Origin: Eledone cirrhosa
Taxonomy: Eukaryota
Direction of reading: 5' to 3'
Assembly: GCA_964016885.1 (NCBI GenBank)
Contig: OZ024743.1
Coordinates: 51,584,001-51,648,000, forward strand
DNA: 64,000 bases
Each line of letters starts with the position of its first letter. Position 1 is the first letter of the stretch. The translations under genes and the position numbers were made by a program. The notes beneath the pieces were generated by a model. It was given only the letters and a program-made list of their open reading frames with translations, ran no database searches and was not told the DNA's origin. This document shows positions 12,783 to 24,510 of the stretch, piece after piece.

Positions 12783-15370
12783 AAATTTCAAAGCATATTA
12801 CTTGATGCTTTTGACAGTAAGGGAGAACATTTAGAGTCGGACAATATAGAGGGATAGTGGGAATTTCTGAAAGCAAACCTGCTGTTGGGGACAGACGAAG
12901 TCTGTGGCTGGAGCAGGCCTGTAGGCAGGAGGAGAGTAACATGGTGGTGGAACAGTAAGGTGGAGGGGTCAATTAAGGCCAAAAAGCAGGCTTGGAAAGT
13001 ATGTCGGGATGGGGGAAGTAGAGTAGACTATCAAGTGGCCAGGAGGGAAGCTAGGAGAGAAGTGTACTTAGCAAGAAGGGAAGCAGAGGAAAGAAAGTTC
13101 AAGCATGTTCTACAACGCGATGACCAAAAACGTGAGGTGTTCAGGATTGCTAGGCAATGCGTCAAGGAAAACCGTGATATTGTCGGGGAGAAGTGTGTAC
13201 TTAACGATGATGGCATACTTGCCATCACCGACGCTGATAAGAAGGTAGCTTGGAAGTGTCACTATGAAAGGCTACTAAATGAGGAGAATAAATGGGAGAA
13301 AGACAGTCTCCCCCATATCGACCCAATAGAGGGACCAGCAGTGTTAGTCGAGGGGAGTATAATAAGTAAGGCAATCAAGGATATGAAGACGGGTAAGGCG
13401 GCTGGGCCTTCGGAAATAGTTGCTGAGATGCTGAAGGCATCTGGCACGGTGGGACACACCATGGTCACCCGCATAGTTAACCAAGTCGTACAGAATGGGG
13501 TTGTTCCGAAGGACTGGCATAGCAGCATCATCGTTAACTGTTATAAGGGTAAAGGAGACGCCCTAGATAGGAGTAACTATAGAGGCATTAAATTAATCGA
13601 CCAGGTCATGAAGGTCACGGAAAAAGTAATAGCGTAACTAATCAGAGAGAGAATTGACCTAGATGAAATGCAGTTCGGGTTTGTGTCAGGCAAAAGCACC
13701 ACAGACGCTCTTTTCATAGTACGACAACTACAGGAGAAGTACCTAGCTAAAGGTAAACCCCTCTACTTAGCCTTTGTCGACCTGGAGAAAGCCTTCGACA
13801 GAGTCCCCCGCTCCATTATCTGGTGGGCTCTTAGAAAACTAGGCGTTGACGAATGGCTTGTGAGGGCTATACAAGCCATGTATAAAGAAACAGTCAGCAA
13901 GGTTAGAATTAACAACGAATATAGTGAAGAGTTTAGCGTAAAAGTTGGCGTCCATCAGGGCTCTGTTCTCAGCCCCCTACTATTTATTATTGCCCTTCAG
14001 GCTATAACAGAGGAGTTCAAGACAGGCTGCCCATGGGAACTCCTATACGCAGACGACCTGACACTCATAGCGGAATCAATGGCCGAGCTAGAGAAGAAAT
14101 TCCAAACATGGAAGCACGGCCTAGAGTCAAAAGGACTTAAAATTAACCTGGCTAAGACCAAAGTTCTAGTTTGTAGGAAAGAAAACAAGGCGGCGGTCCC
14201 TTCTGGGAAATGGTCGTGCTCGGTGTGTAGGAAAGGCGTAGGTAGAAACTCCATTTTATGTCCTAAATGCAAAGTATGGGTACATAAAAGATGTAGTGGG
14301 ATCACAGGTAAGCTAACTAAGAACATAGATTTTACATGTGGCCGGTGTTCTGGTGCAATAAGTAGCAGCAAGTGCCCACAAAATACTAGCTCTTTCAATT
14401 GCGCAGAGGGTTCTATAGAAATAGTGGACAGCTTCCGTTACCTGGGCGATAAAATCAGCAGTGGGGGAGGGTGCTCTGAAAGTACTGTAGCTAGAGTCAG
14501 AACTGGTTGGAAAAAGTTCAGAGAGCTTATACCACTATTAGCTGCTAAAGAGTTCTCACTAAAAATGAAAGGCAGGTTGTACGATGCCTGCATACGAACA
14601 GCAATGCTGCATGGCAGCGAGACCTGGGCATTGTGTGCAGAGGATATACGCAGACTAGAGAGGAACGAAGCTTGCATGCTCCGCTGGATGTGTAACAGTA
14701 ATATACGTGAACGGCAAAGCATAAACGAACTAAGGAAAAAATTAGAGATAAGAGGGATCAGATGTTGTTTACTCGAGAGAAGGCTACGTTGGTATGGACA
14801 CGTGATGCGCATGAAAGTCGATAGCTGTATAACAAAGTGCAGGGCAATAAAGATAGACGGTAGCCACGGAATAGGCAGACCTAGAAAAACCTGGGACGAG
14901 CTGATAAACTCCGACCTCACACACTTACACCTCTCCAAGACAATGTCACTGGACCGAGACCTTTGGCAGTACTCAGTAACAGAGAAGACCCGCCTTGCCA
15001 GTAGGCATCTCTAACAAAATACACCCCGTCCCGCCACCACCCCCACCCCATCCACACCACCCCGTTCTATGTAAAGTTATGTTGGTGCCGCGCCATCCAG
15101 GCCGAAACAAATGAGATCGTGTAGGTGTCACGACAAAAAAACACACAGTCCACGCTGTAATGTGGCCGTGTAGGCAACACGGTAAAAACCTCCCAGACCC
15201 ACACTGTAAATGTGGTTGGTGTTAGGAAGGGCATCCAGCTGTAGAAAACCTGCCAGACAGTCCTATGCGAGCAAGACAATCACTCTTGCCTCAAGTGGGA
15301 CTACCCCCGTCCAAACCCATGCAAGCGTGGAACACGGACGTTAAACGTTGATGATGATGATGATGATGAT
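12781..15370 (+). mobile_element. RTE LINE copy A, 5'-truncated, with in-frame stops
   Basis: ORFs 12885-13637 and 13668-15014 are in the same frame, separated by a CAA->TAA stop. Complete RT with YADD and PHD-like motif, (GAT)n tail, (TA)n on both flanks. Confidence 0.95.
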
Positions 15371-15882
15371 ATATATATATATATATAATTATACATATAT
15401 ATAATTATACATATATATATATATATATTTCGTTTCTAAATTGGCAACATGACCCTCCCAAAGTATAACAATATATATATATATATAATTATATATTGGT
15501 AAACGGAATAGAAAATGCTGACAAATTGCTCACAGTTGAAAAATGGTTTCATTAGGAATAAAAGAGTATTAGTGATTGTATGGGTTAGTATTCAGTTGTG
15601 GTTTTAAGTTTTTAAGTTTTTACCGGTTGCGCATTTCTAAATGCTTTTCAAAAATAATTTTGAGATAGTGTCCGTGTTGTTTGCTCTGATATAATTATAT
15701 ATATATATATATAATTATATATATATATATAATTATATATATATATATATATATAATTATATATATATATATATATAATTATCTATATATATATATATAT
15801 AATTATATATATATATAATTATATATATATATATATAATTATATATATATATAATTATATATATATATATATAATTATATAT

Positions 15883-16086
15883 AACGAAGGAAATGTGGTA
15901 AGGAACCAGGTGGACCATAACGCACCAAAGTACTCAATACTTGAGGTAGTAGAGTGGGTAATAGGAACCAGTAAGACCCCGACAGCTGAGCTCAAGCCGT
16001 TTCGACGGCTAATTCTCTTTGTTATACAGCTGAATTAGCCGTCGAAACGGCTTGAGCTCAGCTGTCTGGGTCTTACTGGTTCCTAT
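15883..16086 (-). mobile_element. Penelope-like pLTR remnant with 55-bp fold-back hairpin (3' half of a hammerhead)
   Basis: Arms 15961-16015 and 16032-16086 have one mismatch and a 16-nt loop. They contain gtc-GAAA-cggc-ttgagctca-gct-GTC-ggggtc. Homologous to 17627-17742 and 21192-21386. Confidence 0.65.
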
Positions 16087-16149
16087 AATTATATATATAT
16101 ATATATAATTATATATATATATAATTATATATATATATATAATTATATA

Positions 16150-16481
16150 TCATCATCATCATCATCATCAACGTTTAACGTCCGTGTTCCACGCTTGCAT
16201 GGGTTTGGACGGGGGTTTTCCCACTTGAGGCAAGAGTGATTGTCTTGCTCGCATAGGACTGTCTGGCAGGTTTTCTACAGTTGGATGCCCTTCCTAACAC
16301 CAACCACATTTACAGTGTGGGTCTGGGAGGTTTTTACCGTGTTGCCTACACGGCCACATTACAGCGTGGACTGTGTGTTTTTTGTCGTGACACCTACACG
16401 ATCTCATTTGTTTCGGCCTGGATGGTGTGGCACCAACATAACTTTACATAGAAGGGGGCGGTGTGGATGAGGTGGGGGTGG
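16150..16481 (-). mobile_element. RTE LINE 3'-UTR fragment
   Basis: Reverse complement of the 3' UTR at 3820-4137 and 15045-15370, with a (CAT)n tail. Confidence 0.9.
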
Positions 16482-16520
16482 TATATATATAATTATATAT
16501 ATATAATTATATATATATAT

Positions 16521-16956
16521 TGTTATACTTTGGGAGGGTCATGTTGCCAATAAGAAACACACGCACCAGTTGCTTTCACTTCAATTTATTATAATAAATT
16601 TATAATAAATTTATAAATATATAAATTTCTGGTTGGTTGGTTGGTTCCACAACCAGATAGTTGTTTATATATATTGTCATAGTTCTTTCGTCACACACTC
16701 TGTGACCTCTTCAGTGACTGGGGATTCCTTTCTTTGTTTTTGTGCCTCTCCTTTGTTCTGTCCTACGCCATTTTGTTTCTGTGTGTGTGTGTTGTGTGCT
16801 CAGTCTGCGCATGCGCCACATCTGGGTGTCTGTGTGTGTTTATGTTCATTTATTTATTTGTTTATTTACATGTTACTGGTTGGTTGTTTGTTCTATGTGT
16901 GTGTGTGTTTTCATTTTGTCCTTAATTGTAAGTTGTGATGTTGCTGTTCCACTCAT
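16521..16956 (-). mobile_element. Possible solo LTR inserted in (TA)n
   Basis: Block begins TG and ends CA between TA tracts, with AATAAA on the minus strand ~65 nt from its end. Its terminal 30 bp recurs inverted at 15441-15470. Confidence 0.35.
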
Positions 16957-16983
16957 ATTTTTATTTTTATATATATATATTTT

Positions 16984-17056
<73 letters not shown>

Positions 17057-17057
17057 T

Positions 17058-17154
<97 letters not shown>

Positions 17155-17215
17155 ATATTTTTATATATATATATATTTTTATATATATATATATTTTTAT
17201 ATATATATATATAAT

Positions 17216-17249
<34 letters not shown>

Positions 17250-17326
17250 TATATATATATATATTTTTATATATATATATATTTTTATATATATATATAT
17301 AATTATATATATATATATATATATAT

Positions 17327-17495
17327 AATTGAATATAAAAGAAAGACAAACACAGATATATACATATATGTGTTCAAATCATAAGGGACCAGATTGTCCA
17401 TAGTTAGTATTCTTTTCACCTTAGCGAATCGGGTCCCTTACGATTTGAACACATATATGTATATGTCTGTGTTTGTCTTTCTTTTATATTCAATT
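17327..17495. repeat. Long inverted repeat (~64-bp arms, ~40-nt spacer); MITE or fold-back element
   Basis: aattgaatataaaagaaagacaaacacag...agggacc pairs with ggtccct...ctgtgtttgtctttcttttatattcaatt. Confidence 0.85.
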
Positions 17496-17580
17496 ATAAT
17501 ATACGGCTCGAAAAAATCTCTTTCCTAGAGCTATTTTATTGTAAGTGATTATTTTGAGTTTCTGACTCAATATATACCTT

Positions 17581-17626
<46 letters not shown>

Positions 17627-17628
<2 letters not shown>

Positions 17629-17740
17629 CGAAGGAAGTGTGGCAAGGAACCAGGTGGAAGCAAGCCAGAGTACTCAATACTTAGGGTAGTAGAGTGGGTA
17701 ATAGGAAAATATTCACGACCCTGGGGTCTTGAACATTTTC

Positions 17741-17742
<2 letters not shown>
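17627..17742 (-). mobile_element. Short Penelope-like pLTR remnant with terminal hairpin
   Basis: Shares aacgaagg...aaggaaccaggtgg...agtactcaatactt..ggtagtagagtgggtaataggaa with 15883-15967. Ends in hairpin 17703-17742. Confidence 0.6.
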
Positions 17743-17776
<34 letters not shown>

Positions 17777-17799
17777 CTATATATATGTGTCTATATAAA

Positions 17800-19032
17800 A
17801 TAATAATAATAATGAAATTATTGTGTAAAGTGCTCAGGTGCACTACAACTCGTCAAAGGTGCATGTATAGTACATAGAATAATATACAAATGTCAGGGAA
17901 GTGAATAGTGTATGAGTCATTATATACATGTGTGTATGTGTATAGAGGGGGAACATTAGGTGTAGTGTTGGCGAATCTCGGGAAGCATGGAGGTTTTAAA
18001 GAATGCAGTGTCTCGACAGCTAACAACTGATGCAGGTAGTTTGTTCCATGCTTCAGCAACTCTGAGCGTGAAAAAATGTTTCCGAAAGTCATAGGAACTG
18101 TGCTGTTTTCTGACTTGGTGGGCATGTCCATGTGTGTTAGACACATGGAAATCAAAAAGGTACTCAGGGTTGTTGTTGGCAAGATGGTTAACAATTTTGT
18201 GGGTGTTTACCAAGTCAGTTGCCAGGTGTTGGACCTTCAACGTATCCATGCCCAGGGAAGCAAGGCGTTCCGAGTATGGTAGATGCCTGATGGAGGGTAT
18301 TCGCTTGGTTGCACGTCTCTGAACAGTTTCCAGGCGGTCAATATTCTGAGCAAGATAGGGGTTCCAGACTGGTGATGCAAATTCTAAGTGTGGCTGCACC
18401 ATAGCCATGTACAGCCTTAAAGAGATAACTGGAGAGCGGCTGACAAAGGTCTTGCTGAGTGATGCTAAGACACCCTCAGCCCTCTTGACAATTTTAGAGA
18501 CATGCTTCGTCCAACGCAAATCGCTGCTGACCGTAATGCCCAGGTCACGTTCACAAGAAGACTTCTTGATATTAGTGCTGTGGAGGGAGTATGTGGGCGC
18601 TGGGTTTTTACTCCCAAAATGCATGGTGGTGCTCTTGTCCACAGCCAGCTTGAGTTGCCAGTCTGAGATCCATTGTTGCATTGTGTCCAGGTCAGACTGC
18701 AAGCAAGGTCTATAGTGTTCAGGATCTGTCCTTTTTATCTCAAGGTACAGCTTGATGTCATCTGCGTACTTTAGTAGTGGCATTCTTTAAGTTGGCATCC
18801 ATGTCATTAATATATGCCACAAACAAAAGGGGGCCAAGAACAGATCCCTGTGGTACACCAGATGACATCTCATATGGTGAGGAATGCTGTCCCAGAACCA
18901 TGACTACTTCTCTTCGACTGAAAATGAAGGACTTCAACCAGTTAAAAAGATCATCCTTCACACCCATTGCAGAGAGTTTTGCCATAAGCCTTTTGTGTGG
19001 CACAGAATTGAAAGCTTTCACAAAGTCAAGGT
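17800..19032 (-). mobile_element. CR1/L2-group LINE, 5'-truncated, frameshifted
   Basis: LDFVKAFNSVPH, SGVPQGSVLGPLLF, YADDIKLY, ERDLGI, VWNPY, VQRRATKRI, RKHFFTLRV..WNKLP, and an (ATT)n tail. Confidence 0.9.
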
Positions 19033-19052
19033 ATATATATATGTGTATATAT

Positions 19053-20800
19053 ACAGAAAAAGTAATAGCGCAACTAATCAGAGAACGAATTGATCTAGAT
19101 GAAATGCAGTTCGGGTTTGTGTCAGGTAAAAGTACCACAGACACTCTTTTTATTGTACGACAACTACAGGAGAAGTACCTAGCTAAAAATAAACCCCTAT
19201 ACTTAGCTTTGTTGACTTGGAGAAAGCCTTTGACAGTCCCCCACTCCATTATCTGGTGGGCTCTTAGAAAACTAGGTGTTGATGAATGGCTTGTGAGAGC
19301 TATACAAGCCATGTATAAAGAAACAGTCAGCAAGGTTAGAATTAACAACGAATATAGTGAAGTTTAGCATAAAAGTTGGTGTTCATCAGGGCTCCGTTCT
19401 TAGCCCCCTACTATTTATTATTGCCCTTCAGGCTATAACAGAGGAGTTCAAGACCGGCTGCCCATGGGAACTCCTATATGCAGATGATCTAACACTCATA
19501 GCTGAATCAATGGCTGAACTAGAGAAGAAATTCCAAACATGGAAGCACGGCCTAGAATCAAAAGGCCTTAAAGTTAACTTGTCTAAGACTAAAGTTCTAG
19601 TTTGTAGGAAGGAAAATAGGGCACCGGTCCCATCTGGGAAATGGCCATGCTCAGTGTGTAGGAAAGGAGTAGGCAGAAACTCCATTTTATGTCCCAAATG
19701 CAAAGTATGGGTGCATAAAAGATGTAGTGGGATCACAGGTAAGCTAACTAAGAATATAGATTTTATATGTGGCCAGTGCTCTGGCGCAATAAGTAGCAGC
19801 AAGTGCCCACAGAATACTAGCTCATTCCATTGCATAGATGGTTCTATAGAAATAGTGGACACCTTCCGTTACCTGGGTGACAAAATCAGCAGTGGGGGAG
19901 GGTGCTCTGAAAGTACAGTAGCTTGAGTCAGAACGGGATGGAAAAAGTTCAGAGAGCTTATACCACTATTGGCCGCTAAAGGGTTCTCTCTAAAAATGAA
20001 AGGCAGATTGTATGATGCCTGTATACGAACAGCAATGTTACATGGCAGTGAGACCTGGGCATTGAGACCTGGGCATTGTGTGCAGAGGATATACGCAGAC
20101 TGGAGAGGAACGAAGCTTGCATGCTCCGCTGGATGTGTAATAGTAATATACGTCAATGGCAAAGCATAAACGAACTAAGGGAGAAATTAGGAATAAGAGG
20201 GATCAGATGTTGTTTACTCAAGAGAAGAATACGTTGGTACGGTCACGTGATGCGCATGAAAGACGACAGCTGGGCGATAAAAATAGACGGTAACCACGGA
20301 GTAGGCAGACCCAGAAAAACCTGGGACGACTTGATAAATTCCTACCTCACACACTTACACCTCTCCAAGACAATGTCATTGGACCGAGATCTTTGGCGCT
20401 ACACATTAATACAGAAGATCCGCCTTGCCTAAGTACAAAGGGAAACCTATAGTCAGTAGGCACCTCTAACAAAAATACACCCCTGTCTCACTACCCCCCC
20501 CCCCCCCCCCCCCTTCAAAGTTATGTTGGTACCACAACATCCAGTCCGAAACAAATGAGGTCGTGTAGGTGTCACAACAAAAAAACACACAGTCCACGCT
20601 GTAATGTGGCCGTGTAGGTAACACGGTAAAAACCTCCCAGTCCACACTGTAAACGTGGTTGGTGTTAGGAAGGGCATCCAGCCGTAGAAAACCCACCAGA
20701 CAGTCCTATACGAGCAGGACAACCAATCTTGCCTCAAGTGGGAAAACTCCCGTCCAAACCCATGCAAGCGTGGAAGATGGACGTTAAACGATGATGATGA
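19053..20800 (+). mobile_element. RTE LINE copy B, 5'-truncated, degraded
   Basis: RT fragments 19053-20432 with frameshifts, an AGA->TGA stop at ~19924, a 14-bp tandem duplication (gagacctgggcatt)x2 at ~20050, 3' UTR and (GAT)n. Confidence 0.93.
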
Positions 20801-21094
20801 TATGTGTGTGTATATATATATGTATATATATGTGTATATATATATATGTATATATAATTATATATAATATGTGTGTATATGTATATATATGTGTATATAT
20901 ATGTATATATAATTATATATAATATGTGTGTATATGTATATATATGTGTATATATATATATAATTATATATATATATATGTGTGTATATGTATATATATG
21001 TGTATATATATATATAATTATATATATATATATGTATATATATGTGTATATATATATATAATTATATATATATATATGTGTATATATATGTATA

Positions 21095-21190
<96 letters not shown>

Positions 21191-21191
21191 T

Positions 21192-21386
21192 ATAGGATAA
21201 AGTATGACCTCAACGGCAGAGCTCAGGCCGTTTCAACAGCTATTTCTGGACCACAAATAGCTGTCGAAACGGCTTGAGCTCTGCCGTTGGGGTCATACTT
21301 TTTCCTATTTCCCACTCTACTACCCTAAGTATTGAGTACTCTGGTGCGTTATGGTCCATCTGGTTCCTTACCACAATTCCTTTGTT
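21192..21386 (+). mobile_element. Penelope-like pLTR remnant with fold-back hairpin (second subfamily)
   Basis: Hairpin 21192-21308 contains gtc-GAAA-cggc-ttgagctct-gcc-GTT-ggggtc. Its tail is the reverse complement homolog of 15883-15960. Confidence 0.65.
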
Positions 21387-21427
21387 ATAATTATATATAT
21401 GTGTATATATATATATGTATATATATA

Positions 21428-22456
21428 TGGTACACAAGAGATGTAGCGGGATCTCAGGAAGCTTAATTAAGAATGTAGGATTCACATGCAGCAACTGTGC
21501 TGAAACAGCAAGCAGCAAACAGCCACAGGAAACAAGTACCACCAATCTCTGGGAGGGCCCTGTAGAAACAGTAGACAGCTTCTGCTACCTAGGTGACCGA
21601 ATTAGCAACGGAGGTGGGTGTTCAGAAAGTACAATAACTAGGGTAAGAACGGGATGGAAGAAGTTTAGGGAACTACTACCACTGCTAGCTGCAAAAGGCT
21701 TCTCCCTCAGAATGAAAGGCAGACTGTATGATGCGTGTATCCGAACAGCGATGTTGCATGGTAGTGAGACCTGGGCGCTGAAGGTGGAAGACTTGCGTAG
21801 GTTAGAGAGAAACGAAGCCTGCATGCTCCGATGGATGTGTAACAGTAATATACGTGAACGACAAAGCATAAATGAATTGAGAGAGAGACTGAGCATAAGA
21901 GGAATCAAATGCTGTGTGCAGGAGAGGCGGTTGTGCTGGTATGGACATGTGATGCGTATGAAGGATGACAGCTGCATAAAAAGGTGCAAAGCACTAGAAG
22001 TTGATGGAAACCGCGGAGTGGGGAGACCCAAGATGACCTGGGATGAGGTGATAAAAGCCGACCTTACCCAATTACACCTCTCAAAGACAATGACACACGA
22101 CCGTGACTTCTGGCGTCTCGCAGAAATACAGAGTACCCGACCTCCCATGGGTACATGCTGAAGCATATAGGCAATATGCCCCACACCCTCCCACCGCAAG
22201 GTGGTCGTGGAGGTGCCACGGCAAAAAAGCACCCAGCCCACACTGTAAAGTGGACGTGTAGGCACCACGAAAAAGCACCCAGCACTCACTGTAAATGAGG
22301 TTGGTGTTAGGAAGGGCATCCAGCTGTAGAAATCAAGCCAGATCAGTTCCTGTATGAGCAAGGCATGGTCAGCCGACCAGTCACTGCACACAACAGTACA
22401 ACCCGTCTAACCCATGCTAGCGTGGAAGAACGGACGTAAAACGGTGATGATGATGA
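21428..22456 (+). mobile_element. RTE LINE, related subfamily, 5'-truncated within the PHD-like motif
   Basis: VHKRCSGISG...FCYLGD...RLCWYGHVMR...GRPKMTW, 3' UTR and (GAT)n. Confidence 0.92.
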
Positions 22457-22844
22457 TATATATATATAATTATATATGTGTGTGTATATATATATATATA
22501 TATAAATGGAAAAAATGAAACAAAATTTCATTTCTCACTCTTAGTATGGCTGTTACTTAAATATAAGTATGTATACGTATATACATATATGTATACAGAC
22601 GTACAGTAGTATGTATATATATATATATATGTATATACATACATGCACACATAAATATATGTACGTATGGATTCACCGAACATTTAGTATAATGCTCGGT
22701 GTGTTTGTAAACAAACATCCCAAATTAAGCCGTACAGTGTCTAGCAACCATCGTTGCTCATTTGTTCAACACTGACAAAGGAACGCTGTACTAGTTTCAA
22801 GCTTATTAGCTATCATCAGCAACGTATACCTTCCTGCCAGATGA

Positions 22845-24510
22845 TTGAACATTTGAAAGTGCAGGGCCAATTGAGGTGAAATAATTGTGCCGTATTGTTG
22901 TTATGTGATGCGAGGGAGATTTTTGTCGTGGGCGGATAGCACGGGGCCCAAGCCTTGGGTGTACACTAAAGGTGATGCCAACATCATTTGGGCAAAGCTG
23001 ATAGAATATTTTCCACATCATACAGATAATGTAGCGCTCACGGCGACGTTGGAGAGAATAAAGTTTGAGCTTTTCTAATCGACTCCAATAGTCGAGGCCT
23101 GTCATGCCATCTATCTTTTTTGTAATTGACCTTTGGGATGCTTCAACTTTCATGATACTTTGTTTTGTGTGGGGTGACCACAGTGGACAACAGTATTCAA
23201 GGTGGGGTCGGGCAAAAGTGGAGAAGAGAAGGATAACAGTGTGGATATCTCTCGACTGGAAAGTTCTAAGAATCCAGGAACACGTTCTGCGGGCCATGTC
23301 AACTGCGCTTTTTGTATGAGTGGCCCAGCTTATATTGTTGTCCACAATTACTCCCAGGTCTCTGATGTTATTGGATGCCACTAGAGTTTCACATGAAGGA
23401 GGAGAGTATGGTAGTTTCAGAGCATCCTTTTTTCCAAAGTGGATTAATTCAAATTTATCTTCATTCAACAGCATATTATTCTTTTCTGCCCATTGGATAA
23501 CAGCCAGTAGGTCTGACTGAAGGCAAGTCCGGTCACCCACCTCATTGATGACCCTTTGGAGCTTGGAATCGTCTGCGAAGATTCTGATGTTGTGCTTGAT
23601 GGTGTCAGTAATGTTATTAATGTAGATGATGAAAAGAAGTGGGCCCAACACAGTGCCTTGTGGGACGCCACTGCTGACTTTGGTGGGACTTGATTTTACT
23701 CCTTCGACTACAACATGCTGGGTTATGCCTGTCAGGAAACATTTGATCCGCTGTAGTAATCTTCCAGAGACACCAACATTGGATAGTTTTTTCAGTAGAA
23801 TCTTATGATCAACCCTGTTGAAGGCCTTGCTGAAGTCAAGGTAGATGACATCAGTGTTGGAGCCCTCTCCCAAGGCTCTCAAAACATTGTCAAAGTGATG
23901 CAGGAGCTGCGTTAGGCAGTCCCTTCCATTACGGAACCCATGTTGGTTGGAGTTCAGCAGTCTGTTGCTATCGAGAAAGTGAGTTATTTGTGATCTCATC
24001 ACCCTCTCAAATACCTTGATAATATGAGAGGTGAATGAGATCGGACGGTAGTTCACTGCAAGGGACTTATTTCCCTTTTTGAAGACTGGGACAACGGACT
24101 GGGACAGAAAGTTTTCAGGAATATAGCCAGTGTCCAGTGAGTTCCTCCACAGATTAGGAAGAGGAGATGCAAGTTGGTGTCGGCACACCTTCAGGACAAG
24201 CAGGGAACCTGTCAGGGCCTACTGCTGAATTGTGTTTAATTTCATTTATTGCCGCTAAGACATCAGAGGCGCCAAACGTTATGTCTGATATAGTGTGTTG
24301 GGGATTAACATCATTGATACGGCCCAGATCAGCCATATCAGGTTTGCTGAAAACAGAGCAGTATTGTTTCTGCAGTATCTCACCCATGGTTTTGGCATTG
24401 TCCTGGAGTGTGCCATTTTCATCAACTAGGGGGCCAACAGTGGAGACGGTGACCTTGTGTTTTTTAGCAAATGAAAAGAACACTTTGGGGTTGAGTTTGA
24501 TTTTTTTCAA
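22845..24510 (-). mobile_element. CR1-group LINE fragment (second family)
   Basis: NYRPIS, QHGFR, YLDFSKAFNRVDH, SGVPQGTVLGPLLF, FADDSKL, RDLGV, LEYCCPLWSP. One frameshift near 24170. Confidence 0.92.

Noticed and set aside
18758-19367. Apparent RT fusion ORFs on both strands
   Set aside because: Chance read-through across the head-to-head junction of a CR1 fragment (-) and an RTE fragment (+) via a short TA spacer.
21585-22391. 268-aa antisense ORF (also 44587-45393 and similar ORFs in other copies)
   Set aside because: Shadow of the RTE coding strand, with no independent motifs.
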